A stretch of DNA of 64,000 nt from Amphiscolops sp. MND2022. Its lineage: Eukaryota. A program made the translations under genes and the position numbers. Each line of letters opens with the position of its first letter. Position 1 is the stretch's first letter. The stretch is from NCBI GenBank assembly GCA_964187785.1, contig OZ076412.1:64728001-64792000 (forward strand), given 5' to 3'. Below, one piece after another: positions 22,800 to 34,989 of this stretch. The notes below the pieces were generated by a model, which saw only the letters and a list, made by a program, of their open reading frames with translations, was not told the DNA's origin and made no database searches.

Positions 22800-24460
22800 G
22801 ATGATGATTGTTGGTTTCTTTCTATTCTGGGTCTGATTGGCTTTTTATCTCGTTTGTTTACTTCGATAACTTTCTTTTGGGCTTCAGTGAGGTTCCATTT
22901 TGGTGGTCTACTATCCATATTGGCACGAAAATAGCAATCTTCTTCCTCATGTCGCAGGGTCTTGCAACTGGGACATCTGGGTGCAACCGGGTGTTCTTCT
23001 AGTTATCGCCTTTTAGCTTATTTAGGGCAGTAAGTCATCATGTGGCTGGCATCTTTGCAGCAACGACATTGATCATTTTTGAGTGTTTTGTCGGGTACTG
23101 TTTTCGGAGTTTGTTTTTTGGTTTTGTCATTTTGTTTTCTGTTGGGTTTTTCAGTGTTTTGTTCTTTTTTGGTAACGGTCATTTGAGTTTTGACAAGGGC
23201 TTCGTCTGCCTCTAGGCCATTAAGTTCCATCTCTCTTTCAAGATGTTTGACGATATTTGTTTGGTCATATGAGCCATTTTCCAGATAGGCTTGGTTGATG
23301 GAATTTTTAAGATGCGGTGGCATCTTGGCATAGATTTGATTCTCTATCATATGGTGTGCATTGTCACCGAAGGCTTTTTCTGCGCTTTCTTGCAAATCTT
23401 CAAGAAAATCGGGTAGCTTTTGATTTTCTGGGTCAAATATTAGTCGGTGAAATCTATGTTTTGACGAAGCGCTTGATTCTGGTTTGACGTACTTTCGGCG
23501 GAAGGCTTTAGGATGTCTTCCAGTGTTGTTGTGGGTGTTCTCTGGATGTTTTTGAAGGTTTTTAACGCCAATTGTCTGAGATGTGCATGAAAGTGGTTGA
23601 TCTTCATTTCTTCTGTGAGATTTGGCTGCATTTTGAGGGTTGTGTTGAGTAAGTCCTCAAAATATTCGAGTTTTTCATTTTTCTCGGTTTTTCCATAGAA
23701 TGTGAGTGTGTTTTTAGGGTCAAAAAGTGATTGACGTGAGTTTTAATTTGCTAGTTTTTCTATGGCCTGGGCAATTTGGTTGACCGGGTCAGGTGGTTTT
23801 GTCGTGGATGTGGAAGTGTTGCGGACTGCGTGGGATCCTAAGGTGTCGTTTAGAAGTTGGGTATTTTGAGAGCTTTGTCTATGGAGTGGTTTGTTGGCTC
23901 CTGTCACCTTGTGATAATCCTTCTCCTCGGATTCTTCATTAAAGATAACTGTTGCATCTAATGTGGTATCATTTTGGTGTATAGACTTAGCGGGATGCCT
24001 TAATTCTCTCTTTTCTGAGACCGTGAGTATGATATCTTTGTTTTCAGAGTCTAAACAATCAAGGTCAGATGCGTTTACTCCCATAGACCTTTTACCCCCG
24101 GATCCCGATGGTTGCATGTTTCCGATTTCGTTAATCTCTGACCTAGGGTTAGTTGTCATAGATGTGCTCTTACTGGCTTTTATCTCCATTAGAATCGCGT
24201 CTAATTTGTTCTCCATTTCTTCTCTCATTTTAGCGATTCTTTCGTTGTTTTTCTGTTCGAAAATCTCGGTCAAAGCTTGAATTTCATTCCTAACTTGGCT
24301 GGGTTCAACAAGTCTGGGTCTCGAATCAGTCTCACATAAACTTTCTTGACTTTGTAAATTAACATTAGTTAAAGTTTCATTACCTCGACTTGGAGTTTCT
24401 ACCCGTACTTCGCTTGTTTTTCTCTCCGGGGACGGAGTTTCTAACCTTCTGGATCTTCAG
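22800..24460 (-). pseudogene. gag: Element A gag, disrupted; the reading frame begins inside the 5' LTR
   Basis: ORF 23743-24273 crosses the LTR end (23910) and the PBS (EEKDYH|KVTG). Capsid-like fragments KINHFHAHLR and AKMPPHLK..YLENG..HLEREMELNGL are homologous to element B gag, followed by a CCHC remnant (CRCCKDASHMMTYC). Confidence 0.85.
23897..23909 (-). promoter_or_regulatory. Element A PBS, tRNA-Leu-like
   Basis: AGGTGACAGGAGC (from TGGTGACAGGAG) directly follows the LTR end. Element B has the same PBS at 55747. It is close to the Leu-type TGGTGTCAGGAGT. Confidence 0.7.
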
Positions 24461-25267
24461 TTTCTTCTATTTCCAATCTTGCTCAAGAGGAAAATTGGGT
24501 TGACTGTTTGGATTTACTGTTACGAAGCAACTGTCTCTGGTACCAGTTATATTTCATCTGAAGTAAACTGCATTTTTACAAATGAAAAAATCATAAAACG
24601 GGACACTCAATTTTAGGGTTGTCAGTAATTGAAAAATGCTATAAATAAACTAACGTCAGAGTGACGTAATTCTATTTATGACTTACAAATAGTTATTGCA
24701 TGATTTCCAATAATCTAACCAAACGAAAACAACAAGTCCCTGGAAGACTGTGGGATGCCGCATATATCTCATCCAGTGTTCTGCGTAGTGACGCATAATC
24801 AAATCACAATAAAAGCACCAAAATTACATGTTATAAGCACAAGTCCGCAGGGTGGCGCATATACGTCACTTGGATTACCGCATGATAACGTATACTCATC
24901 AGCAATAAACTTCCACAGTAACGTGTCAATGACAATCTGTTCACAATATTAGCTCAGAAATAGCATTAAACCATTCTAAATCGAACGTTTGAGACTGTAT
25001 ATAGTCATTCATGTCAACAAAGGTGAAATCATCACTGTTTAGGCACTTGTTAAACTGTGACCGTTAAACTAATGAAACTAAGAAATTTACCTGACAATTC
25101 CAAATTACTAAGTGAAAATTAAAGCAACATAAAACAAAAGAAGAGAAAGTTAGGAATGTTTAAAGTTTCAGGTCATCGAGTTGTTTGTTCCTTCTCTTAA
25201 AGATGTCTAACTGTTCTCGTTTAGGGAGGTTGCCCAACAGCTCCAGCACAACTGTGGGTTTGTGACA
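23910..25267 (-). repeat. Element A 5' LTR (1358 bp)
   Basis: Homologous to 10880-12322. Followed by the PBS on the minus strand and flanked by the TSD. Confidence 0.95.
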
Positions 25268-26377
25268 GTAAAGATCTCTTGAAACGGTCGGAAAATAAAA
25301 TGTATCAATTTTCGGAAGTTTTTGCTGCCTTTGGAATTTTTCGAGACTTTTCCTTTTTTTAAAGAGCGTGCCAAGTAAGTACCTATTTTCTCTTCGGATT
25401 CTGTGTGCGCAATTACCAATCACAACATCGAGATATAAAAAATTTTGAAATGTATTTTTTGCTGTTTAAAGATGTTTAGAATTCTCTTTTAAAAGGTATA
25501 CACCTTTTACGGTTTCGTGCAAGTTAACATATATACAATTCAACAACAACCCATCCAGCTTCTTGGGTGTGTAAGATGAAAATTCTATAGCTTCGAAAAG
25601 AAAATAGCCATTTTGCAATAGCTAATTGGCAATTTGATATTTCCTTCTGAAAACGGTAGAGAAACAAAAAATTGCGAAAAGACTTTTTCTTTTTGGTGTT
25701 TTGATCATTTACTCAAAACTTTGCAGCTGCACTTTTTAAGCGTGATTGTTCTACTTTAGTTTTTTTCACCCATTTCTGCCTGAAATTGGAACTGCTCACA
25801 GCTGTCTATGGCCAAGTCATTCTTCTAGTACTTCAAGTGGTTAGAATGCGTAACTGATAAACAGAAGTGAGTTAGTTGGAACTGCGCAGAAGATGATCTT
25901 TTCAAATTGATGAAACTAGACGAGAAACTAGTCGTCCAATTGATTTTACTATACTAAATGTAGAAATTTTAGTTTTTGGCGTCTACCAAAATCCATTGCT
26001 TTTGTACGAAGTACATACGATAGACTGAACTATGTTAATCACGTTTTTAGACCGCCGGAAAAGTGAAAACAGCTGAAAAGGCTGACAATAGCGTGTTTCA
26101 ATCGGACTTACTTGGCAATCTAGGTGTTTACATAGTAAACGAATTTTCATAGGCAAAACTAACAAGTTAGTGAGTGACGTCAGCGAATGAATTGTTCGAA
26201 CCAGTTAAGTCAGAGTTGATCTCTGAAAGCGAATTTTACTTAGTCTCTTTTTTGGTCGGAAATATTCTAAGATACACTATGAAAAACCAATCGTCATAAA
26301 ATTGGAACCCCCCAAACAGTTTTTCTCAAAGACTATTAATCGTAGAGACCTGAAAATTGGCAGACGTATACCTGAGT

Positions 26378-27684
26378 TGTTAGGCTACCGATCTATAAAA
26401 ACGGAACGGAACCGAGACCCCCCAGAGACGGGCTATTAGCAACGGAAGTGACATAGGTCGACCCCCTATGAACTACTCGGCGAAGCACGGAATAATTCAT
26501 GTTACATATGGAATTGATAGCCCATAGGATATTAAGCCGTTTGCGCATTTTATTGAAACCCTACGATGCGTGTAGGAGGATCACGTACTCTATGTAAATA
26601 AACCCCGATTGTTATTTAAATGACCAACAGATGAACCGAGAAACATGAAGCTTGCCTAAGATGATCACCTACCTACCCAAAGTAAAAAACAAAAGATTCA
26701 ATAATCGGTCCACCACGCGCGAAGTAATGTTTGTTTAAGGCACGCGGGACCGGACTCGCGGGCCCAACCAATAAATGACATTTGACCTTGGCTTGTTATA
26801 TCTCAAACGAACCGGGATAACGAGTGTAGTCGATTATTAACAAGAATGGAAACGTATTTGTAACCCATGCTGGGGTAACCGCCTTAAGTGAAGGGAATCA
26901 TTGACCCTAAGACAATATAACTTGACATGTAGCAATTTTGGATGAGGACAAATAACTTCAAGGTCAAAGGCTGACCCCAAGGTCATTCTAGATGCAATCC
27001 CGGAACATATGGAAAAACGTACTATAAAACATGTGAACCAGTGCCGTTTGCGTGATAATTTATGCATCTCAGTTAGGCGAGAGGATCCGCAGTGAAGTGC
27101 GCTCATGAGCACCGAAACGTAACCCTTACACGTAGAGAGCATGTACATCATGTAATGGAAGGTCATTGAACGATTGGCTCGATACTAGAAATACCTCGGG
27201 TGACTTGAATTATTATTGAAATGTGAACTTCGTACAACCATTGGTGAACTATTTGTCGTTGGAGGCGAAGAATGTTTAGCTGAAATATACCTAGGGCGTT
27301 GCCATGCCATAAAAGGAATGGAGATACATGAAGTCAAAAGCATGCAAAAGTAAGAGCGACGTCGGTACAACAAAGATTCGGGTGATGAACAAGTATAATT
27401 GAGGCGGAATTGGAATATATCTGAATAGACAGAGCCGAGTTAGAAAGCTGTGATTAAGTTGAGTCTCAGCGGAGACAAGATATTTGTTCGTTTTAACACT
27501 CGCGCTTCTCGACAACTGAGTAAGAGAGCTAGAAGAAAGTTGAGTCTCGCGGAGACACGAGACTCTTCTAGCTGATTACGTTGTCGCTAGATAGAAATCG
27601 TACAAGTCCGGGACTTGTGATAAACTTGTAGTTGGTTGAATCAGAGATTGTTCCTTCGATTGATGAATATTAGTTAGTTTGACA
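26378..27684. repeat. Possible solo LTR (BEL-like)
   Basis: TG...CA-bounded, non-coding, richer in GC than its flanks, contains AATAAA and several YCAAGGTCA motifs like the BEL LTRs in this window. There is no clean TSD and no partner copy. Confidence 0.3.
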
Positions 27685-30160
27685 GATTTGAGTTACCTAT
27701 TGTTATTTTTGCGATAGAGAAGTAATTTTATTATTCCATTACTCGAATTTTTTGGAAGACGCGAGCCGAAAGAGCAACATTTGGAAAGAGAAATTGACAG
27801 TAACTTTGAGAGAATTGGGTAACTCACTAAAACAACCTTTCTGTCTGTTAAGCTTACAATTGGAGGTAAAACTCTCTCCAAGCCCCGAATTGGATTTTCT
27901 TACACTAAACCCAGTTTCTGATTCAACAAAAAACTTTTTACTTGGAACTATGCTATTATAGCCTAAATATATCACCCCTTGACAGAATAATTTTTGAGGT
28001 TCAAGTTTCCAATTGAACGATACAAAAACATTTTCCATAAAAAAATTTAAAGTAAAAAAATGAAAAATAAAAACGGATATCAAAAATTAAATCCGGATGC
28101 AAAGAAATTGTTGTTTTCAGTATTTCTTTTAGTTTTTGCCTGAACTTGTAATGTTCAAACCATACATGCAAAAATGATTGATATAGTTCTCAAATCAGAT
28201 ATCTATGATTTTGGTTTAACTGGATTATTTCGTTTTTTCAAAGTCGATAATTTTGTACAAAGTCCGAGCAGAAAGATTTGACACTTGTTACCAAAAGGTG
28301 CTATCTTTTTCGAGAAATTTATCGAGGAAGGATGTGTATTTTTTTCTCATTTTCTTCAGTAGGCTTATCAACCACTTTACGGAAGATTTTTCGATCGTTT
28401 TTTATCCAAAGATTATAATTTTTGTTCTCGCAAATTGTATCGGGTGCACTTATACCAACACATTATAAATTTATGTGTATATATATGTACGAGTTATCAT
28501 CTGATGAAGCAAAACCCTTTCAATTTTTGAACTTGGTGTTATCCTTGTTGCTCAAAATTGCGAATTTAGAGTGTGTAGGCATTTATAAGAGTTCTATCGT
28601 TTTTGCGCTAACAGTCATTTGTCAATGTGTCAACATTGAAATCATCAAGATTAGCCTTTTCTCGGATTGTCGAATTCGAGTATTGGACTTCTGCAGTCAT
28701 CGGGAGAAGTTTGTTTAATCTTTTCGTTTCCAGTCTGTATAAAACACATAATGTGACATTTTTCTCTCGTTGAAATCAACAATACAACTTCGTCAAATCT
28801 GACTCAAAGGAGATTAACTTGTAAGATAGAATCTTCTTTATGAAAACAGCAATCCCTCATGACCTACGATTGACATTCTTTCGATGTTTTCACTCCATGG
28901 GATAGTAGTCGACTAGATTGTATTGATTGAGATCACCATGCTAGAAAGTCCACGTTTCAGCGTTTCCAGGAAAAGAGAAAAATTATTTTTGAGCTGCCTA
29001 AGTGACTGAATGCTTAGCTCTAAGATAGTTTTGTATATACAATCATCAATTATTGGGTCTCGTCGCTTTTGAGTTTCGATTCGTTTTTTGAGTTTCAATT
29101 CGCCTTCCATCTTGCGACTTTCATAAACCTCGTTTCCTTTCGGTGAAATCGGCAAACGTGGTTTTCGCTCTCTGATGCAGTGTGGTTGACAGCCTTGTTG
29201 TATAATAAAGATTATTTCATGCTTACGGCTTGACAGGAACCATATGGCCCCATGTGTTGGATTGCATGAAATCGCATGAGGCGTTAGATCCGGACTGTTA
29301 AAAATAACTGCAAACTCTCTATGAAAAATTTTCTTCCGTTAGAAAAAAAATGAAACAAAGACATGAAGATTATTTCCACAGCTGGCGTCGTTTTATAAAT
29401 TGCATTTTGAGAAAAAGTTGAGCAATTTCAAATCAATTCATTGCAAAAACATGTTCCATTCCAATCTAAAACTTTCGTGGTGATTTCCCCTCTCTGAGGA
29501 AAGCAACTGTCCAGACCGACGAACGAAGTGATTAAGAATCAACAGTTAATGATTTCAACGATGAGGTTGTGCATGTAATATGAAAAACTGTGTAAAAATT
29601 ACACTCAAATCGTTTATTTTGTGCATAAAAAATCAATGTATTTATTCTAACCTTGAACTTGTAAATTTTCATGGATGAAATAATCTGTGAGGAACGCTCT
29701 CGGGATAATTTGAATTGATTTGGTTGTCAGTTGGTTCAAATAAACAGCCAGCTCTGTTTAGAGCGAATAATTAGAAATAACAAACAAAACGTCCGTGGCA
29801 GCGACTTGTTATAACAGAGCGTGAATCGGGTTATGGCCCTATTATAAACAGAAATACTTCCAACAAAACAAGACTGGGCACAAATTGTAGGTTCTTCAAT
29901 TCAAGTAAACACATAACAGCAATTGTACATAATCTATTTTAATAACCATGGTGTATTATCATAACCTGCTGATTACCAGTGTGAGTTTTCACTCAATGAT
30001 CGCTGAAGGAAAACATCAATTTGGCTTATAAAATCTACTTTTTCAAAACATTGCCTTTCTTATAGAAGGTCAATTTAGCAAGCGTTTTTCTCATGAACGA
30101 AGTCGAAATTTCAACTGAAGGTGGAAACAATTTTGCATGAATGGCTTCGCAAATAGCTCA

Positions 30161-32110
30161 TAAAGTAAAAATATCATTAAAAGCAACATAGGGCAAATCT
30201 CAAAATCGAATATCTCAAAGACGGCAGTGATTTTTGAAAAAAGGTAAAAGTAAAAGTTTCTTAGATTTTTATTTAATTTACAAATATGTTTGTTTGAAAC
30301 GTATGCGATGAAAATTGTAAAAGGTACGATAGCCATTTTAGCCAAATTTAGGTCAAAATTGAAGTTTTTTCACCTTTAGTCTGCTTTTGCAAAAAAATGA
30401 ACTTTTTAGGTTATAGTCTAGAAACTGCTATGCTGTAGCGAATAAAACCACGAATGCCAGTGAACTTTTATGAAGTGACTTTCGAGGTATGAAAACATTT
30501 CTGAGAACCTGAAAATGTCGTTTCATTACTGCGCAGTTAGTCTTACCAACAGTCAATCTTGTAATTGAATTCTGAAGTATGCAAAGAATTTTCGGTGCGA
30601 TTCTGTGAAATGAATTAAGTCAATTTATCTGTGATCGATGGCTCAGAACAATAAAATTTAATGTAATAACTTGACTTTTTGCTAAAACTTGGAAATAAAC
30701 AGATTGCTTCCCGGATATTCCTTGAGCTATAAAAGGAATTTTGTACAAATGCAAAAGGTAACCGCAATTGACAAACTCTTTTGTAGTTTAAATAAAAGCA
30801 AATCTCTTTCAAAAACGGTCTATCTAAAGAAAGAGACGTTACTCGCGAAACACAGAAAACCTTCTGAATACATGTATTCTTTTCAGTGATGAAAGGCTAA
30901 TAATTATACCTTGGTCGTGTTTTTGCAAAATTTTGGAAAATATATATATATATTTTCGAAAAATCTTTCATAATTTTGAAATCAGACTGTATAAGTTCAG
31001 CACTTGTCTCTAGCCCATATGCGAAAGCGAGCCATAAATTATCCGCACTTGAAAATACATAAAGTCGTGGAATGAACAGTCATGTAAGGGTTATAACATA
31101 CATGTATACATACATGTATACATATGTATATGCGAATAAAGTAAAGATATCATTAAAAGCAACATAGGGCAAATCTCAAAATCGAATATCTCAAAGACGG
31201 CAGTGATTTTTGAAAAAAGGTAAAAGTAAAAGTTTCTTAGATTTTTATTTAGTTTACAAATATGTTTGTTTGAAACGTATGCGATGAAAATTGTAAAAGG
31301 TACGATAGCCATTTTAGCCAAATTTAGTCAAAATTGTTTTTTCACCTTTAGTCTGCTTTTGCAAAAAAATGAACTTTTTAAGTTATAGTCTAGAAACTGC
31401 TGTGCTGTAGCGAATAAAACCACGAATGCCAGTGAACTTTTATGAAGTGACTTTCGAGGAATGAAAACATTTCTGAGAACCTGAAAATGTCGTTTCATTA
31501 CTGCGCAGTTAGTCTTACCAACAGTCAATCTTGTAATTGAATTCTGAAGTCTGCAAAGAATTTTCGGTGCGATTCTGTGAAATGAATTAAGTCAATTTAT
31601 CTGTGATCGATGGCTCAGAACAATAAAATTTAATGTAATAACTTGACTTTTTGCTAAAACTTGGAAATAAACAGATTGCTTCCGGGATATTCCTTGAGCT
31701 ATAAAAGGAATTTTGTACAAATGCAAAAGGTAACAGCAATTGACAAACTCTTTTGTAGTTTAAATAAAAACAAATCTCTTTCAAAAACGGTCTATCTAAA
31801 GAAAGAGACGTTACTCGCGAAACACAGAAAACCTTCTGAATACATGTATTCTTTTCAGTGATGAAAGGCTAATAATTATACCTTGGTCCTGTTTTTGCAA
31901 ATTTTTGCAAAATATATATTCTTTTTTGAAAAATCTTTCATAATTTTGAAATCAGACTGTATAAGTTCAGCACTTGTCTCTAGCCCATATGCGAAAGCGA
32001 GCCATAAATTATCCGCACTTGAAAATACATAAAGTCGTGGAATGAACAGTCATGTAAGGGTTATAACATACATGTATATATACATGTATACATATGTATA
32101 TGCGAATAAA
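30161..32110. repeat. Direct tandem duplication, 2 units of ~970-976 bp, near-identical
   Basis: Units start at 30161 and 31137. The ORF track repeats with offsets of 972-976. Each unit ends in a TACATG/TATA-rich microsatellite. Confidence 0.95.
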
Positions 32111-34653
32111 AACATCTAAAGAGCCCGCGATAACAAAGAGTGAAAACTGCACTAATACCGAGGCAAAATTCATGACAATCAGTTAAGCTTTTGTAAAAAT
32201 ATTCGTATCTAGGTGTCAATTCGTCGAAACTTGTTAGCTTCTTTGAACAAATGATATAACTAAGAAGTATTATTTCAAAAAAAAACAAGAGAATAAGATA
32301 TGAATCGGTCGTCTGTAATGTGAATGAATTATAATAAATTAATATGATTAAAGTATGAAAAAGTATCAGCTGTTAAAATTGTTAAAGCACCACGGGGACA
32401 AGTCCTGCAAGCTGTGACGTAACGAGACGCAAGTCCGAAACTATCAGCTGGTAATTAAGGCGTGAAATGATTGACATCTCGTTGACTCAACTGAACAAAA
32501 CTTCTGGCTAAAGAGCTAAAAATGAAAAACAATTTATATCACGGTGGTCAATTGAACATTGATTAACTTTTTGTGAAGAAACTTCTAGAAATTGTGAAGC
32601 TTTCAATTATGTAATCTCGCCTATAAGCTTGTAAAACAGGGACTTTGTGGTGAAAGAATTTGAAAAATAATATAACAAACTAGAAATTGTTGATCATGTC
32701 GACAAGTTCAGGGAGTCATATGTCGAAATTTTATGGCGCCTTTCGGCGATCTTCAGGAGTGCCTTTGGCTCGCAGACTTGATCATGGTTATTGCAGTAAA
32801 CAAAACACTCCTCATGCGTGAATGGTGACGTTTTTCTTGCACATTTTAGGTGTGAACAGTTTGCGCACACTACTGTGCTACGTATACCCTTCTGTAGAAG
32901 GTTCAACAGCAAGAAATTTGCAGACTGCACAGAAGTCTTCTGCCGAACTTTCCTTCGGGGTTTCAGTGTTGTCAGTTTATCCCAAAGCTCACAAGCCTTC
33001 AATTTCAAAATATTTTATGGAATAGTGGACAACAATCCTGGAAAAGTGCGTGGGCGAAAAATAAACAAACAGCGCTTGCTTGTAAGGATAGAGAAAACTT
33101 GACGAACGTCAAAATACTTGTGAAAGTATTTATTTCTTGTATGACGTGATTAGAAACGTTTAATCATGAGCTAGCAATCAGTAGTTGCAACTAAAATTGA
33201 AATAGCTACAAACTAGATGGCATTTTGACGTGAATTTATGGCGCAATGTAGTGGAAACAAAAACAAAATTTCTGTATTGATACAGCAAAAGCAAAAACAC
33301 TTTGTAATGTGAACAAAAACAAAGTTTTACTATGTAGAAAAAAAACTGATTTATCGGTAATGTTTTTTTCGAGATCTCGAACCCGTAACCAACTGGTAGG
33401 ATGGGGTCGTGAACCTACCACGATCTTCCAATAAAGAAATGGAAAAGGTTAAGAAACATATACAGTAAGACTTCTAAAATTATTACCGATAATTTTGAAA
33501 AATTGGCGTTCGGTGACAGAGAAGACCGAGCCCCTCCCCCTCTTTTTCAATGACAGAGAAGCCCCCTCTTTTCAATGTTTCTTCCATACAGCGGCATGAA
33601 GCGTAGACATTGGTTTTGAAGATCGTTCAAGGCCAAACTTAGTAATCCAGAAGACCTTATTTGCGCGAAATTTGAAGAAGAGACTTTTTTCCTTGCAAGA
33701 TCTTCCGATGAATTTCTTCCTGGCAAAAACGTGCAGGGAAAAACTTTTTGGAAGATCCTTGGAAGGGATTTTGGAAGAAATTGCTTATTTTTGGAAGTTT
33801 CTTTGAAGCAATTATGAATTGCTTCCTCTAAATTTTCAAGAAAATTTCCTTCATTGAACAATAGAACTTTTTTCATACATGTGTCTTGTAGCAACGCACG
33901 AAAAAAATTGCATGCTGTTTGCCTCTCGTGGCATTTAAATTTAAAACTTGCACTCTCTTGTCTTTCGTTTGCCTATTCTTTTTCTGCGAAGCAGAAAATT
34001 GTTTGTTGAGAATCGCGGTACCAACAACACTTTCCGCAAACATATTCGGATAAAACGTATTTTGCAACGATTATGACAAACGATGACTTGTTTCCATTGA
34101 CGTCGTGAAGATGCCTTCAGATTTCCGGAATCTCACTGCTTGGTTGACTCTTCGTACAAATCGCAGTACGATCATACTACAACCAAAATCTTTGCTGTGA
34201 ACGTGCCGAGATTTGTACTACAGTTGGCGTGAAAAGATCGTAACGCAACGCACGCCAGCTAATAAAAAGAACCGATTTCATTCCTAGCTTAGACTACTAC
34301 CTTGCAAAGTTGCAGTGTGATTTGTGACCTAATCGACAAAACAGCTGATTTTTAAGCAGAAAAGATGAACAATCAAAAGTCGAAGTTTTTACGCCTTGAA
34401 AGGTTTGCAATGTAAGTATGCTAAATCATTGCAAGTGATAGCGTCGTACTCCTAATTTCGAATATTCAAGGGGTTTCTTCTGGCGAAATGAGCAACGTCA
34501 GCAATTTTTAAGATTCTTCACCATTGATCAACATTTACAAGGATTTGGAATGAAAGCATGTTAGGATAATTCGACGAAAAAAATCAAAGTTTGTGGGTTC
34601 TAGGCCTTCGAACACTGATTTCTCAAAAAGCGATCCTTTGATACCAACAAGTC

Positions 34654-34848
34654 TGTTGTAACTTTATGGTACAAGAATTTACTTTCTATCAAGACTGTAT
34701 TTTATCTCGTAGCTTTTCTTACTAAACGAACTTTAGTATGATAAAGATAATACAGTATAGGCAGGTACTTCAGACTAATTAAATAACAATAAGAATAATA
34801 GTGTCTAAAGTATGAAGTTTGTCCTCTAGCTTATTCAGCTATGCCACA
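34654..34848 (-). repeat. Mag-like element 3' LTR (195 bp)
   Basis: Identical to 40601-40795 and adjacent to the PPT. Confidence 0.97.
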
Positions 34849-34989
34849 TTCCCCCCTCTGGGATTGGATATAGCTTAGCCAATGGGGAGTGTGTATTCTA
34901 TTGTTGAGGCGGTTTTCCGTCCAGAGCTGTTGTCGTTGTTCACGGTGTTCCGTGTACTTGCTTCTTTTGTGGTCCGGTTGTCAGGATGT

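Larger units (their letters stand above)
10880..25267 (-). mobile_element. Ty3/gypsy LTR retrotransposon 'A' (14.4 kb) with a ~6.8-kb accessory region between pol and the 3' LTR
   Basis: LTRs at 10880-12322 and 23910-25267 read TGTCACA...TATCACA on the minus strand. The 5-bp TSD is ATAAA (10875-10879) versus GTAAA (25268-25272), 1 mismatch. PBS present. Domain order is gag, PR, RT (YVDD), RNase H, IN. Confidence 0.95.

Noticed and set aside
27739-29155. Short ORFs with LRR-like or transposase-like words
   Set aside because: No consistent frame, splice pattern or recognisable motif. These may be very old TE debris, but I cannot support a call.
33370-33428. tRNA-derived SINE head (GGTTCGAG B-box on the minus strand)
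   Set aside because: The A-box is weak, and there is no tail, TSD or second copy in the window.
33873-34067. hAT dimerisation-like peptide (FYPNM..KQFS)
   Set aside because: The conserved residues (ER.FS) are missing and the similarity is within what chance could produce.
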